Part shown: piece by piece, positions 1-13,302 of the stretch
How positions within the stretch are numbered: position 1 is the first letter of the stretch
Layout: every line of letters begins with the position of its first letter
From: Octopus bimaculoides
Lineage: Eukaryota
Length of the DNA: 64,000 bases
Direction: 5' to 3'
Assembly: GCF_001194135.2 (NCBI RefSeq)
Contig: NC_068994.1
Location: 9,309,045-9,373,044, forward strand
Translations under genes and position numbers: made by a program
The notes under the pieces: generated by a model
Databases searched by the model: none
What the model was told of the DNA's origin: nothing
Seen by the model: only the letters and a program-made list of their open reading frames with translations

Positions 1-353
1 AGTGAGAGCGGGAGAGAAAGGAGACATATATTTTAGACAGCACAGAAACAATACGATTTGTTCAGAGGAGATAAAAAGAATATTTATCAGATACTCTTCT
101 ATCCTTCAGAAGACAAACCATAAACAAATAAACTAATATAATATTATATTGTTTTCGGATGTTGTTCAACAAATATAAAATATATAAAGGTTATTATAGA
201 ATGCATTATGACATTTATGAAATCATTTTCAGACAATCATTTTATTCATCCATACAACGAAAATCAGAATAGATGTGTTTTTTTTTTGTTGTAATTTATT
301 TGCTTGAAAAAAAAAAATGTCTCTCATACACGTGCTTCCCCTAATGCCACACA

Positions 354-387
<34 letters not shown>

Positions 388-465
388 TATATNNNNNNNN
401 NNATATGAATATATATACGTGCGTATGTACTGATATACGTTCCCATGTATTATTGTGTGTGTGAG

Positions 466-508
<43 letters not shown>

Positions 509-922
509 TTATATATGTAGCTTAAGGTAACTATGGAATATATATTCAATTTAGGCAACCCAGGCCGAGCCCTTGATTCTTAGGTATAATGTGCAATGGC
601 TCTGAGATGAAAATCGTTTACATCGTCCCCTGATAAAAGTTCAAATTATTCGAAACAGTCCGTCAGAAATGTTCCCATTCTTTTCTTCATCTCTCTTCGA
701 TGTTTATACATTGTTGATTTTTATCATTTCTATACCCCTGTCATACACTCAAATATTAAAGCCTCTTGCACACCGAAAATATACATACCATCATATATAT
801 TTATGCATATATAATTATATCTAAGAGAGAAAACAATTTTGCCAGTGTATAGACTGCACTTTGAATTGCTCAAGAGATTCGAGCTTGAGGCGTTTGATGA
901 ATATAGAAATAAGAATCAAAAA

Positions 923-1057
923 AGCACAAGGGTGGCTGCGTGGTAAGTAGCTTATTTACCAACCACATGGCTCCGGGTTGAGTACCACTGCGTAGCATCT
1001 TGGGCAAGTGTGTTCCAGTATAGCCTTGGGCTGACCAAAGCCTTGTGAGTAGATTTG
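923..1057 (+). mobile_element. Family B SINE 5' part
   Basis: A-box TGGCTGCGTGG (933-943), B-box-like GGGTTGAGTACC (975-986), CORE-like CATCTTGGGCAAGTGTGTTC. Truncated by a gap. Confidence 0.8.
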
Positions 1058-1744
1058 NNNNNNNNNNAACATATAAAAAGAATATCGATAGAATATCGAT
1101 ACCAGACATTAATTATTAATGCGTACCAAACATTAATTATTAATACTGAGCTCTTTTGGTTCGATAAACCTTCCATTGTTCTTCCACGGCATGGTCGCTT
1201 CCCAATGACTGATATATGATGCAGGCCAAATGCAATATACATTAGCGAAAACGATTGAGAAATTCAGACAATTATTCCAAATAAACATTGGAGAAAATTT
1301 ATATATTAAAAATAGAAATGATATACACATTTACAAGGTTGGATGAATAATAAACTACTAAGAGCATTTCAAGGTGACAATGAGCCTATTGCAGGTAATA
1401 AATATAATTGAATTAGTGAATCGTTAATTTAATAGCATTTTCAATCTCACGCCCGTAGACACAATAGATAAGTGAATCAAATAAACCTAATCTGATGATT
1501 ATCTGTAAATATTTAATAAGATAGAAAAAGTGTCTATAAAGCCTATTTCAGCTTTTCAGCAAATGACAATTTTCTGTAAAAGTAAATCTTAGCATAGCAC
1601 AAGAGGACATAACATGAATGTGACGATAGAACATGTTATAAACAGAAATTACAACATGCTTAAATATCACCAATCCTTTCGAAAAATAGGCATTGAGAAT
1701 GGGACATTGTCAGTGGCATGTTAGCAACAACATATTTTCATAAA

Positions 1745-1812
<68 letters not shown>
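1745..1812. repeat. (AGAT)n microsatellite
   Basis: Perfect tetranucleotide run. Similar ATCT/AGAT tracts at about 44395-44460, 47900-47950, 56700-56765 and 57110-57155. Confidence 0.95.
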
Positions 1813-1813
<1 letters not shown>

Positions 1814-2624
1814 CAGATATGTAGGTAAATAGATGGATAAATCTCTTTAGTCTCTCGTTTTGTAACAACATACAACCAATGTGAAGCATTTACTCATCGG
1901 ATAACGGAGTCCGTTTCACAGCGTACTTAACAAGGAACAAAACTAGACGGTAATAAAATTTCTTTGATCATAGATCTAATCGATAAGAACCGACGAAATG
2001 GAAAGCATTGATGGTTAGAGTAAACTCATCGATCAATCGATTCCTCGACTATGCAATGTTAAAGTCAAGTAAATATTAGCATTTCAGTTTAATTGTTGTT
2101 TTGTTATTTATTACTTTTGCATTTGTGACTACTAATAAGTCATCTTCGTTGTTTCATAACCGGACATATTTATTTCAGTTTGTAAATGCCATAATCATGC
2201 TGGATTTAGAAGGCCATACATCAAGTGGCTGGTTTTGAACCAAATGAACATAAGGTCATACGCAAACATACATTTCTTTCTTTCTTTCTTTCTTTCTCTC
2301 TTTCTACCTACCTAACACCCTCTTTATCTGTTTATCTGTCAGCTTCCTCATCTCTATTTCTATCGAACTTCCACGCCTCTATGAATATCTGTGTATGTAT
2401 GTGCGAACAATTATATAGATGTATGTATGTGTGTCTGTGTATTAATTATTTTGAACTTGGGTATACACCTTGTAGTATGCCGTTTGAAACACGTTCCCTG
2501 CCCTCGGCTACTTGACGTCATCGTCAGTACAGAAATAAATGCCACAGAATTTATTTCAGGAATTCCTCCGTGTTAGTCGATTATATAGCAAATGATAGAC
2601 AGAAAAAATGGAATTCATAAGATT

Positions 2625-2960
2625 CATTAACCACAACTGTCGTTTCGACCCATCTTGCATCGGACCCTCGCGGGTTAGATCCTGGACGACTGGTTGTGGT
2701 TCATCTTTCTGTTTAGATGTGTCTCGTGAAGGGATTTTTCAAAAGGCACCTCGCTCAATACGCTCGGTTTTACTTAGTTAGCTTATGATGTATTTCATTA
2801 TGTGCATGTAGCTGGTTGCATAGAGGGGTTCTTTGTTTGGAATGACATGGAATGGATGTATACCATTTGCTCGCACACGTTTCTAGTTAGTATAGTTCTG
2901 AACTTACGATTTTCAGTTCATACAGTATATAGGATGGGCAAACCGACAGTCTGATCCAAC
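2625..2960 (-). mobile_element. Possible highly decayed PLE 3' end (GIY-YIG tail plus terminal motif)
   Basis: Frameshifted minus-strand peptides (ETCAS / IHPFHVIPNK / HIMKY) parallel the C-terminus of the 35296 GIY-YIG domain. They are followed by ACCC...GGGT-CGAAACG inside an AACCACAAC/GTTGTGGTT inverted repeat. Confidence 0.35.
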
Positions 2961-3681
2961 GTGAGCGTGCCGCCAGATAACGTTTATATAAAACATACTC
3001 AGCGAGGCTTTTTTATTTCTCAGGGTCTTTGTTCAGGTTTGGTGAAATTTTTAATGAAGATGACATGTGTAATTATCGAAATTTGTAGCATTTACATCTG
3101 ATAATATACACCATGAAATAAAATATTGATATTGACATCACGTTAGAAATTTCACAAGGATTACTACTTCCAACGAAGGCATAAAATTGGTTGATTATAC
3201 AGAACATGTATCATATCGACATTTACGTATGTGAGAATATCAATAACAGTGCAAGAAAATTCAAAGCATTAAACAGAATGCGTCAGGACATTTTGAAGTA
3301 GAGACACACAAGTGTACTTATGAGGCCAACATTTAGGTTTAAGAGTTCTTAGCACGTTTATACATGCATTAAAAGGATACATAAAAGGTGACAAAAAGGA
3401 AATTAAATCCGACCGACCAAATTTGAAATGTGGACTACAAATTAACGGTATGTTCATAAACATATATACAAGCAACCATACAAAAACAAGGATATTCATT
3501 TAAAAACGATGCTAAAATGACATAAGGTAGGATTGAATAATAACGAATATACACATAAAAAAGCAATGGATCGTATCAACAGCATTCTGTTATTAAATCA
3601 ATACATACACGTATACACATACATATATACGCAAGCTGATAATCGCTAATACATATGGGCGAGAATGAAAAGTAAAATATT

Positions 3682-3945
3682 GTGAATAACGATGGTAATG
3701 AAACTGAAGCCCTTGATGGTGACAATATTGCACCCGGCAGTCTGAGAGATAGTGGTCAAACTCCAGCCTGTAGTTATCCAGGAAGGGACTATCACACACG
3801 GCGTAGATGGAACAAAGACGTTAATGCTGTGGTTATGGAGTGTTACTACCTGAGCAAACCTATAGCCGAAAATGGTGTTCATATTAGGGGATACCGACAA
3901 CGTATCTATGATCAATGGAGAGAAAGAGGATTGTTTCAAATGTAA
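3682..3945 (+). mobile_element. 5' ORF fragment of a Dong/R4-clade non-LTR retrotransposon
   Basis: TRRRWNKDVNAVVMECYYLSKPIAENGVHIRGYRQRIYDQWRERGLFQ matches the N-terminal motif RRKW...N..VMECYY.SKP...RGYR.RM..IW.E.G.F of R4/Dong-type ORFs. The ORF ends before the expected EQRL.DQ. Confidence 0.7.
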
Positions 3946-4177
3946 AGTATGAGCGAGAGCAACCAGCGTCCACACGTGACGCTGGTTGTTCTCGATCATA
4001 ATTTACGTTTAAATTTCTGTAATTTTGTATTTTTTATCACTTCTTATTTTGAACTTGACAAAGACAGACTTACTGTTGAAATATCGTTCAACTAATAAGC
4101 TATCTTACAATCATAACACGCTCTTCGTCTTGACTGTTTACCTTTGCGGAGAGTTACGTAAATCCTTTTTAAAATAT

Positions 4178-4217
4178 AAAAAAAAAAAANNNNNNNNNNA
4201 AAAAAAAAAAAAAAAAA

Positions 4218-4286
<69 letters not shown>
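4178..4286. repeat. poly(A) followed by (AAT)n
   Basis: A-run broken by a 10-N gap, then a perfect AAT array at about 4218-4285. Confidence 0.95.
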
Positions 4287-4789
4287 TATAATATTGAATC
4301 AGGAAAAGCGTCGATAATAACAATAATATTTCAAAGTGGAATTCGAAGACTGTCAGTGTCAGGAGTACTATATTAGTCGATATAATGACCTTCGGCACTT
4401 TACTTTCATGTTACGTATACGCTTAGATTAATGATAGTTAAGAAGAATTCAGATGGATTTGATCGTAGCAAGTAATGATCCGGAACGACCATCTCTAGTG
4501 ATTTTTGCCAAGAAATAAGGATAATAAATGAACGCTATTCATCATTCATTTTACAGTGCTAGATAAGTCGTTCACTTATCCATTTTACTACAACATTTAT
4601 TTATTTTATTTATGGCATGAGAATCTATTTTATTCATTATTTTTGTCTTGTTTTGGTTAAAATGTGAATTTTTGCTTTATTTCTCTTTCTAATTGCTGTA
4701 TTTATATTTCACAGAATTACTTCAATGATTTTTCTTCCTGTTAATATTTTATTCACATTTACATTACAACTGTCGGAACTCGGAAGTCA

Positions 4790-5165
4790 ACATCGCCAAC
4801 GTTGACGTTTGCGTCGTCGTCACCGTCATCCTTTTCCTGGTAATTGTCATGAACAAGATCAACACGATCATCATTATTTCCACCACCACCACCACCACCA
4901 CCACCACCGCCATCATCACTACCATCCTCCTCTTGCTCACCACCGTCCTTACCAACATCATCTTCATCATCAGTAACAGTATTATCAACATCAATATATT
5001 TAACGTCAAAAATTATAGTTGATTTTTACGATCAACAATATTAACAATCTTAGCATCAGGAACAACAACAACTACTATTGCTGCTACTCCTGCTGCTGTA
5101 ACTACTGAAGCTGTTGCTACTGCAACCGCTGTTGCTGCAGATGTGGTGGTGGTGAAATCAACAGA
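4790..5165. repeat. Decayed trinucleotide low-complexity tract (CAC/CAT/GCT/ACT)
   Basis: Mixed triplet repeats. Produces the poly-V/M/T/A ORFs in the track. Confidence 0.85.
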
Positions 5166-7304
5166 AACATAAACGACATCATAAAACACACCTACACAAA
5201 CAATAACTGACATTCACATATTTCCAAACACACAAATGCCTCCATTTTTTTTTCTTGAAAAACTGATTTTGCTGTAATTTTATTATATATATATATATAT
5301 ATNNNNNNNNNNNNNNNNNNNNNNNNNNNNNNNNNNNNNNNNNNNNNNNNNNNNNNNNNNNNNNNNNNNNNNNNNNNNNNNNNNNNNNNNNNNNNNNNNN
5401 NNNNNNNNNNNNNNNNNNNNNNNNNNNNNNNNNNNNNNNNNNNNNNNNNNNNNNNNNNNNNNNNNNNNNNNNNNNNNNNNNNNNNNNNNNNNNNNNNNNN
5501 NNNNNNNNNNNNNNNNNNNNNNNNNNNNNNNNNNNNNNNNNNNNNNNNNNNNNNNNNNNNNNNNNNNNNNNNNNNNNNNNNNNNNNNNNNNNNNNNNNNN
5601 NNNNNNNNNNNNNNNNNNNNNNNNNNNNNNNNNNNNNNNNNNNNNNNNNNNNNNNNNNNNNNNNNNNNNNNNNNNNNNNNNNNNNNNNNNNNNNNNNNNN
5701 NNNNNNNNNNNNNNNNNNNNNNNNNNNNNNNNNNNNNNNNNNNNNNNNNNNNNNNNNNNNNNNNNNNNNNNNNNNNNNNNNNNNNNNNNNNNNNNNNNNN
5801 NNNNNNNNNNNNNNNNNNNNNNNNTATGGTTTCTTAATTTCGATGAAGTACTTAGTGATGGAAAAATAAATATTTGACAATTTCATTTCTTGCTGCATTT
5901 TATTTGTTTTCCAATCGACGAGTATTTACATTGGGCATGGTGTTTTTATTAAGTGTAAAAGATGAAACAATAGTTGCGATCCTCGTTTGCTTCGGGAAAA
6001 CTTTCATTGCATCTGAGTTTATCAGATTAGATTAGTGTCCTGAATATAATAGACACGGCTATTTGAAAGGTATTGATTTAAAAAAAAATGTAGTGCTTTA
6101 TAAAGTACAGTTGCACTTTACTGGAGTACGACTAGTCTGTCATGATCTTACCTCATACGCTTATATATATAAATACGCACACTTACACTCAAACACACAC
6201 ACACATATATATATATATACACTCACAAACATACACACATACACAACCCCAAAACACCTCCACACATTCACACGCATAATACACACATACATCCCAACTC
6301 GCAACAACTATATGTATGTGTACATAGCAGAATAAACATGATGAATAGAATTGCATGGTTCATATTTTAGCATTTGTGTTTTGTTTACTTTTAATTATTT
6401 TAATATACTTTTATATGCATATATATGTATGTATGCTCCTTGTGTGTGTGTGTGTGCGTGTGTGTGTGTTTCGTGTGTATGGCTTAAGTTGAATATATGT
6501 ATATAGGTATGTGTATAAGTGCGTATGCTATGTTGGTTCTGTTTTCGTTGAAAGAACGAAAGGAAACTCAAAAGATTGGTGTAATCAGTAAATGCTTTGC
6601 TGCATAATGTGTATATATTAAAAAATATAACGGCACGACTGTTTGCTCACTTCCTCTGGAATATTTCAAAGAATGACTATATTTTAGAAAGATATATGAC
6701 TTACATATGACAGTTTAGCGACACCCTCTTTATGAACACGTCATCCATACTACGGAATTCCTGCGCAAAAAATACTGCGACCTCCGAAAATTTACCTTCA
6801 GCCAATCTTTGTTATGTTCATAGTACGAGGACTGTGTAAGTGAGATTTTTTGCACTCAGTGTATTTCACCATTTCGTTTCCTTTTCTTGCCCAAATACTC
6901 ATTAAATAGGCCTTTTGTAATGGAGTCATTAGAAAAGGTTATATACTTCCCAGCGGTTCGTTGAGCAATTCAGATGTTTCCTTTCGCTCAATGAATTGTG
7001 AATTATTTTGGTAAGGTAACACGCGATCCTCCGTATATCATGTAATACAATTATTACGTAACAAAATGATTGACGATTAGACAACAAATAGACGACTGCA
7101 GTTAAAGTGTTTCGGTTGGATTTGAAAAGGTTTATATCACAATATCATTCTGAAATTACACTGAATCACCAAGGTTATGTCTCATTTTGTGCAAATATAT
7201 CGGTTCAAGACTTAATTAAGTATATGAGCTGCATTTTGTAGCATAAATATTTGCATATGTATGCTAGTCATGAGTGAGATAATTACATAGATCCGATAAT
7301 TATA

Positions 7305-7610
7305 ATAACATATCCAGAAGAAAGTTAGCAAAACACCGACGAAATTCAATGGGCAGTATTCAACAGATATTAGCCCAATATATAATAATATTCGATAACT
7401 GTAGTAACATATCCAGACGAAAGTTGGACAAACACCGACGAAATTCAATNNNNNNNNNNGAAATTCAATGGGCAGTATTCAACAGATATTAGCCCAATAT
7501 ATAATAATATTCGATAACTGTAGTAACATATCCAGACGAAAGTTGGACAAACACCGACGAAATTCAATGGGCAGTATTTAACAGATATTAGCCCAATATA
7601 TAATAATATA
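7305..7610. repeat. 99-bp tandem repeat (about 3 units, spanning a 10-N gap)
   Basis: GAAATTCAAT recurs at 7341, 7440, 7460 and 7559 (99-bp period on each side of the gap). The first partial unit is diverged (AAGTTAGCAAAACACC vs AAGTTGGACAAACACC). Confidence 0.85.
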
Positions 7611-9504
7611 TGTAATTATAGTCCAATACAAAGAATCACATAACATATTTCAACAATTGTATTCATATTGAAAAGCAGGTAACAATTAGTGAGTATGAGC
7701 TATTGAAAATTAAGTCTGAGGAGGCATTTCGATGTCAATCTTTTACATCCGAACTATACGAGTTCCTGCATTATCGGCAACAACATTCAGGCACTCAACA
7801 TTTAACAGCAATTCAGTTGATGCAATTTTTGCACACACCACAGCAGTTTAACATAATAAGCAGCGGTACGTGTGATTGCCGTATCGCAAGATATGTAGCT
7901 GGCTAGTATATCTTGCACGGCACGCAGAGATTTATTTTGTATGGTTTTCTCATCTTCAGTCTTTTGATTATATTCTTCTTTGATTGAACATGCTTTCACT
8001 CAATGTGTGTTTATCTTCTGCTGAAAAATCCTTCAAGTATTATTCAAAACTTGTATCATTTATTGTCAATACACTGAATGTACACATATGAAGTAAATAA
8101 ACTTCTACGATACCTTTTCACTTAATCAGAATGTTCAAAACGTAAAGCAGGACAAGAGCTTGGGCCATTCAGACACAGTATAAATACAATAACAACTAGA
8201 AACAGGAAGGTAACGATGAAGACAAACTTGAATAAATTACCAAGTGTTAAAATTTAATTGTTATTTTCAGTCTGCTTCAATGCTTCAGACATAGAAACAC
8301 ATTCCGATGAATTAAAATGAGGCTGTGTTTTTAACTATATCTTTAAAATAAAATATCAGTTGTTTTGAGGTATAGGATGCAATGAAGAATTCCTATGCAG
8401 TGGTTATTATCATTTTTATGGAAATTTGTGCGTTTGGATTTGTTATTTGTTAATGTAAAATTTCTTTCAATCGTTGTAAATGTCTGGTCGTTGTGTGACA
8501 TTCACGAAGAATATCATTAATTAGTTAAAATAATTAGTGTTATAAGAATAACGTCTTTATTTCAAATTATAGTTAATGCATTTGTGTCGTTAATAACATT
8601 AAACTGAATAATTAATGCGTTATAGTCTTTCAACCTGTATCCCGAAAACATTCGCTCGAAATGTTACAAATGTCGGAAATCGCAGCCAAGTTCCATGTCA
8701 ATTGTACCGTAGCAATACCAATTATCAATCACAGTATCAGCAACAACAGCTATCTAAAATGATCCGGTAAAATCTGATCATCCGCCTTAAATATAATTAA
8801 TGCAATGATCCGTGAAATTCAACAACAATGATTATTATTTTGATAGGCACAAGCGGCACTTAAAGCATTCACAAAAACCTCATGAACAGACAAATAGACT
8901 ATTGTTAATTACATTTGTAGAATTAAGTCACGTGAGTTAGTGAAGCGTAGTAGATACATTTTTTATTCATATTCATATTAAAATATTGACAAGAGTAGGA
9001 TCACCTACTTAAAGGCAGTCTTAAAAGGCAGTATATTATTATAGAATTGAAGGTAATGCTATTGCTACTTCGGAGTAATCCTTAGTTTTAATATTGTCAA
9101 TATATATATATATATGTAGGCACATATACTCACAAACACACACATATATATACATGTATTTATATATGTAGATACTATTTAATTCATTTAATCTTTTATT
9201 TAGTAAACCTAAAATATTCAGTGTTTTGAAAATGACCTAATAATAGTATCATGCTTTGGACACACTGATTCGGTAGATTTCAATATCATGCCTTGTGTGT
9301 TCGGTCGATCCCTTAGCCTCAAATAGACATCGCTGGTCTTTAACCTTCGACAAGTTAAAGTACTGCTACTGTGAATAGGTATAAAGGGCCCCAGTAGGGA
9401 TATGTTCTTCATTGCATCCTATTGGGCTGCCTTATGTATGATCCCAGAGAGTTATAAGCACATATCTATTTTATTTCTGATAACTGTTACAAATTATAGC
9501 AGAA

Positions 9505-9660
9505 AGTCACCAAGTACGAGTCTGGGTCGATTATATCAACATTAGTGCTTAACTTGTGTTTATTTTATAGACCCGGATAGGATGAAAGGCAAAGTCGAGG
9601 CAGGCGGAATTTGAACTCATTTTTCCGGCTCGGTAACGATTCTAACATCTCGCTGCCTTG
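9505..9660 (-). mobile_element. Family A SINE, diverged and internally deleted
   Basis: GGATGAAAGGCAAAGTCGAGGCAGGCGGAATTTGAACTCA homologous to the 12283 and 19381 copies. Confidence 0.75.
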
Positions 9661-10425
9661 AAACTGATCGCCAATTAATTATGAAATATGTATAATGAAT
9701 ACGTAGCTTTTAGCAATATGACATAACACAGATACATTCACAGAAACACACATGCAAATATATGCATACACCAGCATACATGGTTATACACATATATGTA
9801 TTTATAGACGTAATATAATATAAAATAATATATATGTATATATGTATATATANNNNNNNNNNNNNNNNNNNNNNNNNNNNNNNNNNNNNNNNNNNNNNNN
9901 NNNNNNNNNNNNNNNNNNNNNNNNNNNNNNNNNNNNNNNNNNNNNNNNNNNNNNNNNNNNNNNNNNNNNNNNNNNNNNNNNNNNNNNNNNNNNNNNNNNN
10001 NNNNNNNNNNNNNNNNNNNNNNNNNNNNNNNNNNNNNNNNNNNNNNNNNNNNNNNNNNNNNNNNNNNNNNNNNNNNNNNNNNNNNNNNNNNNNNNNNNNN
10101 NNNNNNNNNNNNNNNNNNNNNNNNNNNNNNNNNNNNNNNNNNNNNNNNNNNNNNNNNNNNNNNNNNNNNNNNNNNNNNNNNNNNNNNNNNNNNNNNNNNN
10201 NNNNNNNNNNNNNNNNNNNNNNNNNNNNNNNNNNNNNNNNNNNNNNNNNNNNNNNNNNNNNNNNNNNNNNNNNNNNNNNNNNNNNNNNNNNNNNNNNNNN
10301 NNNNNNNNNNNNNNNNNNNNNNNNNNNNNNNNNNNNNNNNNNNNNNNNNNNNNNNNNNNNNNNNNNNNNNNNNNNNNNNNNNNNNNNNNNNNNNNNNNNN
10401 NNNNNNNNNNNNNNNNNNNNNNNNN

Positions 10426-10463
<38 letters not shown>

Positions 10464-11081
10464 TATGCGAGTATATTTTCTTTGAAAATATTTCGCGGAA
10501 AAAGGAACGAGCGAAAGAATAATGTATAATATATGTTTCATACCATACGCTGTAGTGGTACAGATATTTTGTTTAGCGATGCATTAAACGTCCAGCACAC
10601 ATGTACAATATAATAAATGTGCAACGTGAAATATCGTCAGGATATACTCTGGAAATGTAATCTCTCCGTAACGATTATTTATATTGCAATATTTGTACAG
10701 GAACATGTATCAAATGCATCCATCTTCATAGCCAGTTTTCCTTCGATTTGCTGCATTGCAATGTTGCAATGGCTAAAAGGCATGCACAGCAGCAAATCGT
10801 ATGTATGTATGTATATATATATATATATATATATATAAACGAAAGAGGGAGGAGGGAAAGAGTTACATATACAAGCAAGCATTACTGCTATCCGGAAAGA
10901 AATTTGGTGTTCGTATAATGGATCCGTATGTTACTTATGTCTATCTATCTATCTATCTATCTGGCAGAAACCAAGGTTGCGATTTAAGGACTACGTCAAT
11001 TCCTCGTTAAAAGCCTGTGTGTATAACCATGTATGTATGCTGGTGTATGCATATATTTCCGACTAGGGGAGCAATGCCTGT

Positions 11082-11345
11082 CATCACGACAGATGGAGGA
11101 CGCAGGTTAAGGATGGGGTAGACACCTTTGAAAGACCAGGTATTAATCACAAATAATTTAAGCGTGCTGCTCGAAAGCGCACTACTAGCGTAGTGATTTT
11201 GCAACTGTGTATGCTTGTCAAGATCAGGGCTCATCAGCCACCAACGGAATCGCAACAAGCAAAATATAATTTAATCCTAGAGCATGCATTGTTCCTAAAG
11301 TCCAGCAATGGTCTTCCTCGGTCACGAGTGGACGGCCATAGTCAT
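11082..11345 (+). mobile_element. RTE-clade LINE 3' fragment
   Basis: HDRWRTQVKDGVDTFER...KRAARKR, then after a frameshift CNCVCLSRSGLISHQR, i.e. the RTE C-terminal C..C.SRIGL.SH.R zinc-knuckle motif. A short 3' UTR-like segment runs to about 11345. Confidence 0.7.
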
Positions 11346-11819
11346 CTCTGCTTGACGTTTCTTCTCTTTTTCTTCTCTTTTTCTCTGCTCCCTGACTAAG
11401 GATTGAATCCGATACGTTGGATATTCCACTCCTCACAGCAAGTTCACTGTACCCCTATTATAAGTATGTCTTGCAATCATATGTTACCTTGTACATTCCC
11501 AATAGACTTGTTTGAAAATTGACCCGTAATCTCATCTTGAACTTAAGACGAAGCAGTATACGCAATAACACTTCGGGAGAGCAACAGCTGTCAGTTTATA
11601 GGGCAAATGATAACGTCATAAATTATAGTATATATACTTATTTTTAAAGTTGTATTAATGTTTTTTATTTCATACACGGCTTGACCAGTGGAATTTTGAT
11701 TACGTGCAAGCTAATCCATTATGTTGGTTATCGGCAATTGCAATCATGCATAGGTAAACAGAACTATGTAGTCCACTTATGGTATTATTCAGAAATGTAT
11801 GTAATTATGAATGCATATG

Positions 11820-11879
<60 letters not shown>

Positions 11880-12282
11880 CATCTCAATAAAACACATAAA
11901 TATATGTTATTTACATATTCAATATTTTAGTCTAACCAACAACTATAACATCTACGTACAGACATTCACATACGTATGTATACATACATAATACACACAC
12001 GCACACGCACACGCACGCACACACACATTTACATATATATATAATCAATGAGTTGGAGGATTCGTTAGCATCTAGGTAATTTGTTATGCAGGACGATGGG
12101 AAAGCTTATACTATTACATATATATATATATACATATACATACACGTATATATGCGAATATATGTGTATATATAGCTCTGTGTGTGGGTGTATATATATT
12201 GAGAGAGATAGATAGATAGGTAGATAGATAGATAGATACACGCTGGTCCATACACACATTCAAACACACATACACACACAAA

Positions 12283-12500
12283 CATTCTTTTAACTCTAGG
12301 CACAAGGCCCGAAACTTCGGGGAAGGGGACCCAGTCGATTAGATCGATCGCAGTACGCAACTGGTACTTAATTTATCGACCCTGAAAACATGAAAGGCAA
12401 AGTCGACCGCGGCGTAATTTGAACTCAGAACATACAAACCGACGAAATACCGCTAAGCATTTCGCCCGGCGTGCTATGGTTTCTGCTAGCTTACCGCCTT
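12283..12500 (-). mobile_element. tRNA-derived SINE, family A, full length
   Basis: Minus strand: head with A-box-like AGCTAGCAGAAACC and B-box GAGTTCAAATT, central GTCGACTTTGCCTTTCATG..GGGTCGATAAATTAAGTACCAG (resembles a Meta-type SINE domain, from memory), tail GGGCCTTGTGCCTAGAG. Homologous copies at 9505, 19381, 21035, 46015, 60426 and 61755. Confidence 0.85.
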
Positions 12501-13302
12501 CACACACACCCACACCTACTGACATTCTACTAATTAAAGAAATTGAGACCGTTACAATCGACGATCTTTATTGCACGCCACAATTCTTAGATTATATTAA
12601 TAAAAGAAACATTCTATTGTGTATGTCAAGAGGTTTCTGTTCATAGATGTGACACAAAAAGACGAGTAATGATGCTAAAAATATTCCCTCAGAAACATAA
12701 ATACAGGAAACATTTTGTAAGTCATGCCGTAACCAAAGTGATACACATTGCTTTCTTTCTGTAACCGAAAATCTTTCTCAGAGGGGTGAACACAAATACA
12801 AGAAGGAAGATAAATATTCCATTTTCATTTTCCTCTAATCTTAGAAGACTACTTAAATGCCGACAGAAGGCATCTTTTATTTCTACGCCAATAATGAAAT
12901 ACCAACGGACGAAAACTGCCGGTGTTAAAGAGTCTTTTAAAAGATTGTTAATACAAATAAATGTCATACTAGTGAGAAAAAAAAAACATTGCAAGTATGA
13001 AAATGATCGCCCTTCCTTGTGGGGCATGTGATTTAAATAAAGCAGAAACAAAGAAATACAGAATAGGAAGGAATTCAAGGTTTACCAAAATATTAATTCC
13101 ATATAAATAGCTGTTGTTAGTTGCTATGCGACATGCCCTGATTGCAATTAAAATATCTGCTACGCGGCTGATATACCTGTTAACAATATGCGTTCTCTCT
13201 TAAGCCAAACCAAAATAATAATGAAACAAAGAACAACTTTAATAATAATAATAATCATAATAATAATAAGTTCTAGTCGATCTAATAATAAGAAGAAAAA
13301 GT

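Noticed and set aside
1079-1146. Short tandem duplications (11 bp and about 24 bp) next to a 10-N gap
   Set aside because: Ordinary slippage products or contig-end artefacts.
7305-7610. CRISPR-like or prokaryotic features
   Set aside because: The repeat units are contiguous with no unique spacers. Nothing in the window resembles bacterial gene organisation.
9220-9480. Possible CR1-type LINE 3' remnant (TR.HD..IYR...KH...FS on minus)
   Set aside because: Resemblance requires several frameshifts and is too weak to call without a search.
12647-12718. Plus-strand AG...GTAAGT exon-like segment (CDTKRRVMMLKIFPQKHKYRKHF)
   Set aside because: Weak pyrimidine tract, unrecognised peptide and no compatible neighbouring exons.
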